Below are positions 37,930 through 48,770 of a stretch of 64,000 bases of DNA, piece after piece. The position numbers and the translations under genes were made by a program. The notes under the pieces are model-generated. The model made no database searches. It worked only from the letters and a program-made list of their open reading frames with translations, and was not told the origin of the DNA. Every line of letters starts with the position of its first letter. The stretch's first letter is position 1. Source of the stretch: Candidatus Krumholzibacteriia bacterium (lineage in GTDB: Bacteria > Krumholzibacteriota > Krumholzibacteriia > LZORAL124-64-63); the NCBI GenBank assembly GCA_030592845.1, contig JAUVII010000001.1:2392-66391 (forward strand), in the 5' to 3' direction.

Positions 37930-38876
37930 TCTCTGTTCCTGTCGTCTTCGGCGGCCTTGCCCTCCCGGGAATCATCCGCCCTTCCCAAAACCGCTTCGAG
38001 ATGGACGTCCCCGGCGCTGAAGTCCGTGATCCGCCCCTGCTCGTCCTCCAAAAGCAGGGCGCCGTGATCATCGATGCCCGCGGCCCTTCCGCGAAACTTC
38101 CGCCCTCCGGAAACGAGGTGAACCTGCTGGCCCAGCAGGCAATCAAGATAGGAAAGCGCGGGGCGATAAGCCGTCCACCCGCTTTCCTGAAAGGAATCCA
38201 GTTCGTTTTCCACCCGCGAGATGATCCGCCCCCCTACTTCTCCGGGACGAAGCAGGCGATCTGTTTCGATCAGAGTGCTGGTAGCCGTCCCCTGGAGATG
38301 GGAAGGGAAACCGCTCCGGGAAGTGCCCAGGTTCAGACCCAGACCCGCCACGACCATCTTATCCGGACCGGAGCGGGTGTTTTCCAGCAGGATCCCTCCC
38401 AGTTTGCGGCTACCCACCATAATGTCGTTGGGCCATTTCAGGCGGGCGTCCACCAGGAAATCTTCACGCAGAACAAGAACGGACAGCAACCCCAACCAGA
38501 CAGAAAAGCCCTGGGAAAAGGAGGCCCGGTGCGGCGGAACAACCACCGACAGGTGCAGACCGCCGCAATCCACCCAGGCGCGTCCCTGCCGTCCCTTGCC
38601 CGCGGTTTGCAGGCGGGCCACCACGACGGTTCCCGGACTGGGATCGATGACCGGATCCAGCATGGTCCGCTGCCGCGCCTTCCAACCCCATCCGTCCCAC
38701 TTGCAAATCCGCCCCTGGGCAGGCCCGCCGCGGCCCCGCAAAAATTCGCTGGTGCTGCCCACTTCATCCAACAGGTACAGAAGACCGCTGTCGCGAAGAA
38801 ACCGGGGTCCAACCTGGAACACATCGATTCCGAACCAGTCCCTGGCGATGGGCTTGTTGCGAAAAAGCCGTTTCAT
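37911..38876 (-). CDS. birA: biotin--[acetyl-CoA-carboxylase] ligase
   Basis: QTAGKGRQGRAW (GRGRxGRxW-like) and KWPNDI motifs. Confidence 0.85.
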   Translation of the reverse strand: MKRLFRNKPIARDWFGIDVFQVGPRFLRDSGLLYLLDEVGSTSEFLRGRGGPAQGRICKWDGWGWKARQRTMLDPVIDPSPGTVVVARLQTAGKGRQGRAWVDCGGLHLSVVVPPHRASFSQGFSVWLGLLSVLVLREDFLVDARLKWPNDIMVGSRKLGGILLENTRSGPDKMVVAGLGLNLGTSRSGFPSHLQGTATSTLIETDRLLRPGEVGGRIISRVENELDSFQESGWTAYRPALSYLDCLLGQQVHLVSGGRKFRGRAAGIDDHGALLLEDEQGRITDFSAGDVHLEAVLGRADDSREGKAAEDDRNRDASPDS

Positions 38877-39775
38877 CGGGATTCCAGGTCAAGGCCCAGG
38901 TCCAGGGCGCGGACCGAATGGGTCAACCGCCCCACCGAAGCCGCGTCCACACCCGTCCGCGCGTAACCGCTGATCGTGTCCAGATTGATGTTGCCGGATG
39001 ATTCCAGAAGCGTCACCGACCGGACGGAGTCCCTTTTTTCCACCGCGGTGGCGGTGTCGGCCACGCTGAAGTTGTCCAGCAGGATCCAATCCACCTTCAG
39101 TGGAAGAACCTGGGCCAATTGTTCCAGGGTATCCACTTCAATTTCGATGGCCAGTTCCGGAAATTCCCGACGGGACCGGGCCACCATCTGTTCTATCTGG
39201 CCGTTGCCCGCGGCCCAGTGGTTGTCCTTGACCATGACCCGGTCGTACAGCCCCATCCTGTGGTTTTTACCTCCGCCACAGAGAACCGCGTACTTGGACA
39301 GGGCCCGGTAGCCGGGCAGTGTTTTTCGGGTGTCCAGGACCTGACAGGCCGTTCCCTTCACCGCCGCAACATATTGCGCTGTCAAGGAAGCGATACCCCC
39401 GAGAAACTGGAGAAAATTCAGGGCCGTGCGTTCACCGGTCAGAATGGAAGAGACCGGGCCGGACAGACAGGCCACGACCGAGCCCGGTTGGACAGGGGTC
39501 CCATCGGTCAGGACGCGTTCCACCTTCACGGCGGGATCCAGTTCCCCGTACAGGAGATCCAAAAGCGGCAAGCCGGCCACAACCCCATCCTCGCGGGCAA
39601 CCAGGTTGCCGGCGGAGGTCTCGGACCCACTTACGGATATTTGGGTGGACACGTCACCGCTGCCCACATCTTCGACCAGTGCCAGCCGGATGAATTCCCG
39701 CAGCCCTTCACCCGCCGGAAATCCGCTCTCCAGGTCGTGTCCCATTTCCATCCCTCGCTGGTTGTCCGCTATCAT
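38873..39775 (-). CDS. nadC: nicotinate-nucleotide diphosphorylase (carboxylating) / quinolinate phosphoribosyltransferase
   Basis: LDTRKTLPGYR, VMVKDNH, LLDNF motifs. ATGA overlap with the uvrB stop. Confidence 0.85.
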   Translation of the reverse strand: MIADNQRGMEMGHDLESGFPAGEGLREFIRLALVEDVGSGDVSTQISVSGSETSAGNLVAREDGVVAGLPLLDLLYGELDPAVKVERVLTDGTPVQPGSVVACLSGPVSSILTGERTALNFLQFLGGIASLTAQYVAAVKGTACQVLDTRKTLPGYRALSKYAVLCGGGKNHRMGLYDRVMVKDNHWAAGNGQIEQMVARSRREFPELAIEIEVDTLEQLAQVLPLKVDWILLDNFSVADTATAVEKRDSVRSVTLLESSGNINLDTISGYARTGVDAASVGRLTHSVRALDLGLDLESR

Positions 39776-41781
39776 TTTTTCGTGCCGATGCCCCACTGGG
39801 CCTTCAGGTCATCGATCCTGTCCCGCAGCGCGGCCGCCTTTTCGAATTCCAGCCCCTTGGCCGCCGCCATCATGGCCTCTTCGAGCATGGTCACCATCTG
39901 GCGGGGAGTCATGTCCTGGTCAACCACCGCTTCCCAGGGCCGTGGATCGACGGGAGCGGTTTCGAGCCCCCGGTCGCCGGCCGCCACCGTCGACTGAAGG
40001 ATTTCCTCCCGGCTTTTCGTAATGGTCCGGGGCACCAGGCCGTGCTCCTCGTTCCAGGCCAGCTGCCGTTTGCGACGGCGCTCTGTTTCACCGATGGCCG
40101 CCTTCATGGAGCGGGTGATCCGGTCGGCATACATGACAACTTCGCCGTTGACGTTCCTGGCCGCCCGTCCCGAAGTCTGGATAAGGCTGCGTTCGGACCG
40201 GAGAAAACCTTCGCGATCCGCGTCCAGGATGGCCACCAGGGACACTTCCGGCAGATCGAGCCCTTCACGCAGGAGGTTCACTCCCACCAGCACATCGTTC
40301 TCTCCGAGACGGAGTTTGCGCAGGATCTCGATCCTGTCCAGGGCCGCAATATCCGAGTGGAGATAAGTGACCCTCACACCGGCCTGGGCCAAATAATCAG
40401 TGAGATCCTCGGACATTTTTTTCGTCAGGGTCGTAACGAGGACACGCTCACCCCGGGCCGCCACCACCCGTATCCTTTCCAGAAGATCATCGACCTGATG
40501 GCGGACCGGCATCACCGTCACCGGAGGATCAACCAGTCCCGTGGGCCTGATCACCTGTTCGACCACCACTCCGCCACACTTTTCGAGTTCGTAATCCGCA
40601 GGGGTGGCGGAAACAAAAACGGTCTGGGGCATGATTTCCTCGAATTCCTCGAACCGCAGGGGCCGGTTGTCCAGGGCACTCGGCAAGCGGAAGCCGTGTT
40701 CCACCAGGCTCGCCTTGCGGGACCTGTCCCCGTAGTACATGGCCCCTATCTGGGGAATCGAAGCATGGGATTCGTCGATGATCATGAAAAAGTCTTCAGG
40801 AAAGTAGTCCAACAGGCAGGCGGGACGCTCACCCTCCTGCCGATCGTCGAAGTACCGCGAATAGTTTTCCACACCCGCGCAATGACCGATCTGCTGGATC
40901 ATCTCCATGTCGTAGCGGGTGCGGGAAGCAAGCCTTTGGGCTTCGAGAGGTTTCCCCAGTTCGTCCAGTTCACCCAGCCGGGTTTCCAGATCCTTCCCGA
41001 TGGCGTCGACCACTTTGCCGATACCGCCCTTGTCGGTGATGAATTGGGTGGCCGGGGAAACGATGGCGTTGTCGGCGGTACCGAGGGAGCGGCCTGTCAG
41101 AGGCTCGATCCAGGTCAGGGATTCGATTTCGTCTCCAAAAAATTCGACCCTCAGGACTCTTTCCTCGAAGGCGGAACGGATCTCAACCGTATCGCCGCGA
41201 ACCCGGAAAGTCCCGAAAGCGTAGTCCCTGTCGTTTCGCGCATAACCCATTGCCACCATGCGGCCCAGAAGGTCATCCCGGTCTATTTCCATGCCTGCCC
41301 GCAGGACAAACATGCTGTCCTTGAAAGTTTTGGGATTACCCACACCGTAGATCGCCGAGACACTGGCCACCACGATGACGTCCTTCCGGGCAAGCAGGCT
41401 GCTGGTCGCGCGCAGGCGCAGCCGCTCGATCTCGTCATTGATGCTGGTGTCCTTCTCGATATACGTATTGGTCGAAGGAATGAAGGCTTCGGGCTGGTAG
41501 TAATCGTAGTAGGAAATGAAAAACTCGACGGCGTTGTCGGGGAAAAAACTTTTGAGCTCCCCGTAGAGTTGGGCGGCAAGGGTTTTGTTGTGGCTGAAGA
41601 CGAGGGTCGGCTTTTCCAACTGGGCGATGGCATTGGCAATGGTGAATGTCTTGCCCGACCCGGTGACCCCCAGCAGGGTCTGGTACCTCGTACCCTTTTG
41701 GGCTTCGCTCACCAGTTCCGCGATGGCGGTCGGCTGGTCCCCGGTGGGCTGAAAGGGGGCCACGAGGCGGAACAATCCCAT
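39772..41781 (-). CDS. uvrB: excinuclease ABC subunit B
   Basis: FQPTGDQPTAI, LLGVTGSGKTFT, YYDYYQPEA motifs. Confidence 0.95.
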   Translation of the reverse strand: MGLFRLVAPFQPTGDQPTAIAELVSEAQKGTRYQTLLGVTGSGKTFTIANAIAQLEKPTLVFSHNKTLAAQLYGELKSFFPDNAVEFFISYYDYYQPEAFIPSTNTYIEKDTSINDEIERLRLRATSSLLARKDVIVVASVSAIYGVGNPKTFKDSMFVLRAGMEIDRDDLLGRMVAMGYARNDRDYAFGTFRVRGDTVEIRSAFEERVLRVEFFGDEIESLTWIEPLTGRSLGTADNAIVSPATQFITDKGGIGKVVDAIGKDLETRLGELDELGKPLEAQRLASRTRYDMEMIQQIGHCAGVENYSRYFDDRQEGERPACLLDYFPEDFFMIIDESHASIPQIGAMYYGDRSRKASLVEHGFRLPSALDNRPLRFEEFEEIMPQTVFVSATPADYELEKCGGVVVEQVIRPTGLVDPPVTVMPVRHQVDDLLERIRVVAARGERVLVTTLTKKMSEDLTDYLAQAGVRVTYLHSDIAALDRIEILRKLRLGENDVLVGVNLLREGLDLPEVSLVAILDADREGFLRSERSLIQTSGRAARNVNGEVVMYADRITRSMKAAIGETERRRKRQLAWNEEHGLVPRTITKSREEILQSTVAAGDRGLETAPVDPRPWEAVVDQDMTPRQMVTMLEEAMMAAAKGLEFEKAAALRDRIDDLKAQWGIGTKK

Positions 41782-41789
41782 GGTTGCCC

Positions 41790-43001
41790 CTACCTGCCCG
41801 GTGAAGAGCCGGCTGAATGGGAATCCAGGATGAGTTCCTGACCCGCCCTCAGTTTGGTGATATTCCGAATCCTGCCGTTGACCGCTACTTCCACCCCGCG
41901 CACCCTGGCCAGCACCAGGCTGAAGTGGTCATCGGCTCCCCAGAAAACCACCAGCCTGTTACCCTGACGGTAGGCGCGTCCCGCTTCGAATCCCGCGGCG
42001 GGAACCTCCGGCGCCAACTCGATTTCCGTCGGCCAGAGCACCTCGCTGAATTGGCGGTCGCCGTCCCTTTTGACCTGGATCCGCTGTGGACCGTCACAGA
42101 CAAGACGCAGTACCAGGGGCCACGACGAATCGATCCAGTCCTCCGTAACCGGCAGCGATTCGGGCCGATCCTCAATGATGACCTTGGTCTCGGGTTTGGA
42201 TTCAATAATTTCGACTGGAATAATCTCCGGTTTTTCCTCCACCTGCGCGACCGGCACCTCGGCGGCAGCGACCGGTTCATTCTCAGCCGCGGATGGAACC
42301 ACCTTTTCTTCGGCTGGCGGAGCTGGACTCAGCATCCACCCCAGGGAAAGGGTGTCGGCGGCAACAATTCCCGTCCCCAGGCCCGAGTCACTTTTCTCGG
42401 GCACCTGTTCCACCACGACGTGCGATTTTTCCTTCAGTTCCGCTTCCGTCCCGGGGGAGATCAGGGATTCATGCCGGGAGTCTTCGCCTGACGCCGAATC
42501 CCCGGCCACGGTAACAGGAATCGTAATTACCGGGAAAGGCAACCCGGTTGCGGCCGTTGAATCCTCCAACGCCTGGAGACCTCCCTCATCATCGCCCCCG
42601 CAGCCACGCAGGCCAAATATTCCCAAGCCGACCAGGACAGCCACGATCCCGGCAACCAGAATGATTTGAACCCAGGGAAGCCCGATACGGCTTACCTTCA
42701 CCTTGTCCTCTTCCCATATCATTTCCCGCCCGGAAGTTTCCCCGTCATCTTCACCGGATATCTTGTTGTACAAACCCAGGACGGTTTCCGGATCCAGTCC
42801 GAGATCCGCGGCGCAGGACCGCAAAAAACTTTTTATATAAAGGGGACCGGAAATCTTGTGGTACTCGTCCAGTTCGAGGGCAGACAGAACCGGCGGCGGA
42901 ATCTTGGTCCGGTCGGACAATTGGCGGATGGTCAGATCCTGGGCCTCACGGGCCTCGCTGATCATTTCCCCGGGCGTTTTCAGCAGGGGCTTGTCGTTCA
43001 T
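41790..43001 (-). CDS. rodZ: RodZ-like cytoskeleton protein (N-terminal XRE-type HTH, TM segment, acidic/Pro-rich linker, C-terminal DUF4115-like domain)
   Basis: LTIRQLSDRTKIPPPVLSALE HTH. TM IILVAGIVAVLVGLGIFG. C-terminal beta-rich domain. Confidence 0.6.
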   Translation of the reverse strand: MNDKPLLKTPGEMISEAREAQDLTIRQLSDRTKIPPPVLSALELDEYHKISGPLYIKSFLRSCAADLGLDPETVLGLYNKISGEDDGETSGREMIWEEDKVKVSRIGLPWVQIILVAGIVAVLVGLGIFGLRGCGGDDEGGLQALEDSTAATGLPFPVITIPVTVAGDSASGEDSRHESLISPGTEAELKEKSHVVVEQVPEKSDSGLGTGIVAADTLSLGWMLSPAPPAEEKVVPSAAENEPVAAAEVPVAQVEEKPEIIPVEIIESKPETKVIIEDRPESLPVTEDWIDSSWPLVLRLVCDGPQRIQVKRDGDRQFSEVLWPTEIELAPEVPAAGFEAGRAYRQGNRLVVFWGADDHFSLVLARVRGVEVAVNGRIRNITKLRAGQELILDSHSAGSSPGR

Positions 43002-43070
43002 CTGGGCCTCCTTGTGACCGGAACAACCGCCGGGATTTCCCGGGTCCGACCCTGGGCCGTTTCCACGGCG

Positions 43071-45839
43071 CTAGCCCAGGGCATCCAGCATCTCCTTGAG
43101 CTTGCCGGCCTTGGCCTCGTTTTCGGCCAACAGGTCCTTCTGCTTCTGGACCACGTGATCAGGTGCGTTGCCGGTGAACTTCTCATTCGACAGCTTGGCG
43201 CGGCACCCCTTCATCCAGCCTTCGATCCCTGCCAATTCCTTGTGGAGGCGGGCTTTTTCCTTGTCCAGGTCTACCAGACCCTCCATCGGCAGGAAAATTT
43301 CCACGGAACCGGCGACAGCCGCCCCCGCGGGCGAGGGGTCTTCTCCACCGACAACCACTTCCGCATTTTCCATTTTCGCCAACAGCGCAATGAGGGGCAG
43401 GGCGCCTTCCAGGGCGGAAGCTTCCCCGGCGGAGGGTACCCGCAGGATGGCGCGTCCCCTCTTACCGGGCTGCACACCCAGTTCATTACGAAGATTGCGG
43501 ATCGCCCCCACGATCTCCATCACTTGTTCAAAGGCCGCGCGTTCCGGGGCAAAAGGAGTCTCGCCCTTGAAACCCGGGAAGGACGAATTCATCAGGAACC
43601 CCTTTGAAGGGGGCAGCCAACTCCACAACTCTTCGGTAATAAAAGGCATCACCGGATGCAGGAGTTTGTAGCTCACGGCAAGGCCGAGGACGGCCACCCC
43701 GAGAACCGGGCCGCGCTCCTTTTCATCGCGCAGACGCGGCTTGATGGCCTCGAGGTACCAGTCACAGAATTCATGCCTGAAGAAATTGAAGACCCCGTAG
43801 GCTGCATCGTTGAGGCGCCGTTTTTCCATGTTGGCGCCGCAACCGGAAACCGTGTCCATGAGGCGACCCAGAATCCAGCGGTCCTCCAATCTCAGGTCTT
43901 CGTCCGACAGATCGGCCGGAGGGTTGCCGCCAAATATCCCGGCCCACAATCCAGTGAACATTTCCGCAGGTCGTTCGGCCCAGTCGGCGGCCGGTCCCAG
44001 GGTGGCGATCTCAAGGGTCCGGGGCGGCATGTCCGCCGGGTTCCCCGCCGGCAATCCGGCTTCATCCCAGGTGCCGAGGACCAGTTTGGTGGCCTGGAAT
44101 ATCTTGTTGCAGAAATTCCGTCCCACTTCAAGAGTCGTTTCGGAGAAAAAGATGTCCTGACCCGTTGGTGTCAGCATGACCAGGCTGCAGCGCAGGGCGT
44201 CGGACCCGTACTCATCAATGATCAGGATAGGATCGGGACTGTTGCCCAGGGACTTGCTCATCTTGCGTCCCTCTTCGTCCCTGACGATCCCATGGAACAG
44301 CACTTCGGCGAAGGGCTTTTCATTCTTGAACTCGTAGCTGGCCATGATCATCCTGGCGACCCAGAAAAAGATGATGTCCGGAGCGGTCACCAGCACGGTG
44401 GTGGGATGGAATTTCTTCAGGTCCGGTGTTTCGTCGGGCCAGCCCAGGGTGGAAAAAGTCCACAACCAACTGCTGAACCAGGTATCCAGAACATCCTCTT
44501 CCTGGGTCAGCCCGCCGCTTCCGCAGGCAGGGCACTTGCCGGGTTCGGCCAGGGCCGCGATCTCTTCGCTGCAGTCGTCGCAATACCAGACGGGAATGCG
44601 GTGTCCCCACCAGAGCTGCCGGCTGATGCACCAGTCCCGGATGTTGTTCATCCAGTTGTCGTACACGCCGACCCAGCGCTCGGGAAACAGTTTGATTTCA
44701 CCCTCGGCCACGGCCTTGACTGCCGGAGTAGCCAGGTCCTCCATCTTCAGGAACCACTGCCGCGACAGGTACGGCTCGATGATATGGCCGCACCGGTCAT
44801 GGTGGCCCACCTGATGCACATGTTTCTCGGTCTTGTCCAGCAGGCCGTCCTTTTCGAGAGCCTCGACAACCGCCTTGCGGCATTCGGACCGGCCCAGACC
44901 GGCAAAAGAACCCACCTGCTCGTTCATGATCCCCGCGGGCGTCATGCAGATAACCTGTTCCAGGTCGTGCCGGCGGCCCACCTCGAAATCATTGGGGTCG
45001 TGGGCCGGGGTGATCTTCACGAACCCCGTTCCTTTTTCGGGGTCGGCGTGATGGTCGCCGATGATGGGGATTTCCCGGTCGGTCAACGGCAGCTTCACCA
45101 TTTTGCCGATCAGATGTTTCCGCTCCGGATCGTTGGGATGGACCGCGACCGCGGAATCGCCAAACATGGTCTCGGGCCGGGTGGTGGCCACGGTCACGTG
45201 GCCGCTGCCGTCAGCCAGGGGGTATTTGAGATGCCAGAGGTGTCCCTCAACCTCACGGTACTCCACCTCGTCGTCGCTGATGGCCGTCAAATCGTGGGGA
45301 CACCAATTGACCAGATAGACATCCCGGTAGATCAGTCCTTTTTCCTTGAGCCGGACAAAGGCCTCGGTCACCGCCCGGTTGCGGGCCTCGTCCATGGTGA
45401 AGGCTTCGCGGCTCCAGTCCAGGGAACACCCCAGGCGCCGGATCTGCTGGGTAATCCTGCCGTGGGTTTGTTCCTTCCAGACCCAGGCGCGTTCCAGGAA
45501 CGCGTCCCGTCCCACTTCACGTTTATCGAGGCCCTCGGCGGCCATCTGCCGGCTGACCACCTGTTCGGTGGCGATGCTCGCGTGATCGGTTCCCGGAACC
45601 CACAGGGCGGGCCGTCCCCGCATCCGGGCCCAGCGAATAAGGGTATCCTGGATGCTGTTGCCCAGACAGTGTCCCATGTGCAGGATGCCGGTGACGTTCG
45701 GAGGGGGCAGGATAATGACGAACGGCTCATCCTCCAGATCCGGATCCGGACCGAAAAGGCCCGCTTCTTCCCATGCCGCATACCATTTTTCCTCAATGCC
45801 TCCGGGGGCGTATTGCGACATGTTCCTGATTTCTTCCAC
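43071..45839 (-). CDS. valS: valine--tRNA ligase
   Basis: PPPNVTGILHMGH (HIGH). KMSKSLGN. C-terminal coiled-coil. Confidence 0.95.
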   Translation of the reverse strand: MEEIRNMSQYAPGGIEEKWYAAWEEAGLFGPDPDLEDEPFVIILPPPNVTGILHMGHCLGNSIQDTLIRWARMRGRPALWVPGTDHASIATEQVVSRQMAAEGLDKREVGRDAFLERAWVWKEQTHGRITQQIRRLGCSLDWSREAFTMDEARNRAVTEAFVRLKEKGLIYRDVYLVNWCPHDLTAISDDEVEYREVEGHLWHLKYPLADGSGHVTVATTRPETMFGDSAVAVHPNDPERKHLIGKMVKLPLTDREIPIIGDHHADPEKGTGFVKITPAHDPNDFEVGRRHDLEQVICMTPAGIMNEQVGSFAGLGRSECRKAVVEALEKDGLLDKTEKHVHQVGHHDRCGHIIEPYLSRQWFLKMEDLATPAVKAVAEGEIKLFPERWVGVYDNWMNNIRDWCISRQLWWGHRIPVWYCDDCSEEIAALAEPGKCPACGSGGLTQEEDVLDTWFSSWLWTFSTLGWPDETPDLKKFHPTTVLVTAPDIIFFWVARMIMASYEFKNEKPFAEVLFHGIVRDEEGRKMSKSLGNSPDPILIIDEYGSDALRCSLVMLTPTGQDIFFSETTLEVGRNFCNKIFQATKLVLGTWDEAGLPAGNPADMPPRTLEIATLGPAADWAERPAEMFTGLWAGIFGGNPPADLSDEDLRLEDRWILGRLMDTVSGCGANMEKRRLNDAAYGVFNFFRHEFCDWYLEAIKPRLRDEKERGPVLGVAVLGLAVSYKLLHPVMPFITEELWSWLPPSKGFLMNSSFPGFKGETPFAPERAAFEQVMEIVGAIRNLRNELGVQPGKRGRAILRVPSAGEASALEGALPLIALLAKMENAEVVVGGEDPSPAGAAVAGSVEIFLPMEGLVDLDKEKARLHKELAGIEGWMKGCRAKLSNEKFTGNAPDHVVQKQKDLLAENEAKAGKLKEMLDALG

Positions 45840-46055
45840 GCGTCTCTCCCGTCAATCCCAGAATTTCGAAGGCCTGATTCTTCGGGTGCGGACAAGGGCG
45901 AATCCTGATCGTCCGGTACCCGGGAATGCGGAAATCTAACATCTGGGTCCGGTCGGAGCAATGGGTGAGAAATCCGGGGTGAAAACCTGCGGCGATCACC
46001 GTGATGTGCTAAGATCCCCCCGCAACCTGCGATCCTGCAACCTTGAGGCCCATAC

Positions 46056-48611
46056 ATGCGGAACCTGGCCGTTTATCAAGAGACTATCTTTGAACAGGTC
46101 ACCCGCCTGGCGGGCCTCTTTCTGTTGGCCCCCGTATTGCTTGTGCTGACCCTTCCAGTCCTCCTCCACATCAACCAAAAACCCGATTACGGCTTTTCGG
46201 TCCGCAGGCAGGAAGTGGTCGAAGTCGTTCCCGCGGGTCCGGCGGACATGGCGGGATTGCGCAAGGGCGACGCCATCCTGGTCATTGACGGGCGATACAT
46301 CAACAACATGCCCGACTACTTCGCCGCCCTGGCGGGCCGTTATGATCTGACCCCGCTGGCCGTCGAGATCAGCCGGGGATCGACAAAACGGGTCCTGGTC
46401 ATTTCTCCGACCCAGCCGCCCCAGGGGGTGATGATCCGCAACTATGGGGTCTGGGTATCCGGATTCGCCTTCCTGATGATCGGTTTCTGGGTTCTTTTGC
46501 GGCGCCGAGACCCCGTGGCCCGCAATTTTTTCTCCCTGTGTTTTATCTTCGCCTTTTTCCTGCTCGACATTCCCGACCACGCCAGCGTCCACTACATGAC
46601 CGCCAAGGAATTGATCCGTTATCTTTTCCAACTGTTGCTGCCCGCCTATTTCCTGCGGTTCTTTCTCCGGTTCCCCAGTCCCCGCAGCAATCTGGCACGC
46701 GAAAAAATTCAGCTCAGGATGCTGCTTGTTCCGGGTTGGGTGCTCTTCGGAATCATCGCCTGGATGTTCTATCTCAATCCGGCGCCCGGAGGACTCCTGG
46801 AAGCCACTCTCGAAATCGTTACCCTGATCTATCTGTTGGGATACTTTCTGGCCGGGCTGGTCATTTTCGCCCGCCGGGTCATGAGACGCGACCGCCCCAT
46901 CCAGCAGACAAAACTCAAGGTCGTCCTGTGGGGACTGATCTTCGGCCTGGCCCCCTTCATCGCGGGTATGCTTCTGGAAACCCTTTCCCCGGGCGCCTCG
47001 CTCCCCCAATTGCAGTATCTGGCCTTTTCCCTCCTTCTGGTTCCGATCAGTTTCGGCCTGGCCATTTTGCGGTACGGCGCTTTGGACAGGGCCTTCGTGG
47101 TCCGCGCCAGCCTTATATACGGACTGCTCACCATCCTGGTGCTCCTGATTTATTTCGTGATCGTGCTGGGCCTTGGTGAATTCCTGGCGAAGCTCTTCAA
47201 GGTCGAAACCTATTGGGTCCTTCTGCTGGTCATGGCGGGCAGCAGCCTGGCCATCCTGCCGTTGCGCCGCTGGATCCAGGGCACCATTGATACGGCATTT
47301 TATCCCGCCCGCCGCGCCAATCGCCGGACCATGACATCCCTGGCCGACAGGTTGACCGGCCTGATCGACCCCGGAGATGTCATCCAGACCCTTCTGACCA
47401 GTCTCGCCGATCTTTTCCGTCCCGAGTCCCTCGTCCTGTTTCTCTCACCGGGCGACGGCCAGGGTCATTTCAAGGCCCACCTTCCCGATGCGGATGCGGC
47501 TGATTCGATGGCCTACGACATGGATGGCGAAGACGACTCCGCCCCCACGGAAGATTATCCCCACCTGGACCAGGGCAGTGGACTGGCCATTCTGCTGAAA
47601 CGGATCCGCCGCCCGGTCTTTACCGAAGAACTGGAAGACCTCCTTTTTTCGGGAGATACGGACCACGCCTCCCTCAAGGTCCTGACCCGCATCAGGGCGG
47701 CCCTGATCATCCCGATGATTGGCGGAAATCGTCTGGTGGGATTCCTGGCCTTCGGGCCCAAGAGCAACGGAGCCCTCTACAGCCAGGAGGACCTGGCCAA
47801 CCTGCGGGCCCTGGGAATCCAGGCCGCCTCCCTTATCGAAAGCCGCCTGCTCTACCGGGAAAGCCTGAGCCGCAAACGCCTGGAAACCGAACTCGAAGTG
47901 GCGCGGGATATCCAGGGCCGACTGCTTCCCACCGGTCCGCTGGATACCGATTATTTCAGCATCTGTGGACGCAACGAACCCTGCCTCATGGTGGGGGGCG
48001 ACTATTTCGACTACTTCCCCCTCGAGGACGGCAGCCTGGGCTTCGCCATTGCCGACGTGTCCGGCAAGGGAATTCCCGCGGCCCTGATGATGACCTCTCT
48101 GGTGGTGGCCTTCCGCAGGGAGGCCAAGGCGGGCATGGGCCCAAGGGCAGTCATGGACCGCCTCAATCCCGTGGTTGCCTCGCTGGTGTCGGCGGGAAGC
48201 TTCATCTGCCTGTTTTTCGGGATCTGGAACCCGGCGACCGGGGTGATCCACTACTGCAATGCCGGCATGGATCCCCCGGTCCTGTTCCGGCCCCGCGCCT
48301 TCTATCGTCAAAAGCTGAGAAGGGGCGGTCCCGTCCTGGGCGTGGAGCCCAAACGTCACTATCGGGAGGGGGCGCTGGCCCTGGAACCGGGCGACCGCCT
48401 GTTCATGTTCACCGACGGTTTGACCGAGGAACAAAATCCCCTGGGAGATTTCTTCGATACGGACCGTTTGCTGCAACTGGTGGCCGATAACCTGGAATCT
48501 TCCCCTTTGCGCTTGATTGATAAGATTTTTTCCGCCGTCAATGCTTTTGGCGGCGAAGAGAAAACAGATGACAAGACCGCAATTATATTGGAAATAAAGA
48601 ACTTACAATAA
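46056..48611 (+). CDS. membrane-bound PP2C/SpoIIE-family serine phosphatase with N-terminal PDZ domain, multi-TM sensor region and GAF domain (RsbU-like)
   Basis: PDZ GPADMAGLRKGDAILVIDG. About 8 TM helices. GAF-like segment. C-terminal PP2C catalytic region with several conserved acidic residues. Confidence 0.8.
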   Translation: MRNLAVYQETIFEQVTRLAGLFLLAPVLLVLTLPVLLHINQKPDYGFSVRRQEVVEVVPAGPADMAGLRKGDAILVIDGRYINNMPDYFAALAGRYDLTPLAVEISRGSTKRVLVISPTQPPQGVMIRNYGVWVSGFAFLMIGFWVLLRRRDPVARNFFSLCFIFAFFLLDIPDHASVHYMTAKELIRYLFQLLLPAYFLRFFLRFPSPRSNLAREKIQLRMLLVPGWVLFGIIAWMFYLNPAPGGLLEATLEIVTLIYLLGYFLAGLVIFARRVMRRDRPIQQTKLKVVLWGLIFGLAPFIAGMLLETLSPGASLPQLQYLAFSLLLVPISFGLAILRYGALDRAFVVRASLIYGLLTILVLLIYFVIVLGLGEFLAKLFKVETYWVLLLVMAGSSLAILPLRRWIQGTIDTAFYPARRANRRTMTSLADRLTGLIDPGDVIQTLLTSLADLFRPESLVLFLSPGDGQGHFKAHLPDADAADSMAYDMDGEDDSAPTEDYPHLDQGSGLAILLKRIRRPVFTEELEDLLFSGDTDHASLKVLTRIRAALIIPMIGGNRLVGFLAFGPKSNGALYSQEDLANLRALGIQAASLIESRLLYRESLSRKRLETELEVARDIQGRLLPTGPLDTDYFSICGRNEPCLMVGGDYFDYFPLEDGSLGFAIADVSGKGIPAALMMTSLVVAFRREAKAGMGPRAVMDRLNPVVASLVSAGSFICLFFGIWNPATGVIHYCNAGMDPPVLFRPRAFYRQKLRRGGPVLGVEPKRHYREGALALEPGDRLFMFTDGLTEEQNPLGDFFDTDRLLQLVADNLESSPLRLIDKIFSAVNAFGGEEKTDDKTAIILEIKNLQ

Positions 48612-48770
48612 CATCGCCATCCCGGTCCCCTTCTTGCTCAAGTAAGGGCGGAGCCGGCCGATGATCAGGGGTTTCACGGGTGTGAAAATTCCCTCAAGCC
48701 CCCAGGCTTCCGGTCGATTCCCTATGAGTCCGCATTGCTCCACATCAGACCTGGAAAGGGGGGGATCGGC

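Noticed and set aside
43656-45908. 750-aa plus-strand ORF
   Set aside because: Antisense to valS.
45996-47009. 337-aa minus-strand ORF and 47445..48476 (-) 343-aa ORF
   Set aside because: Antisense to the PDZ-GAF-PP2C phosphatase gene. Low-complexity translations.
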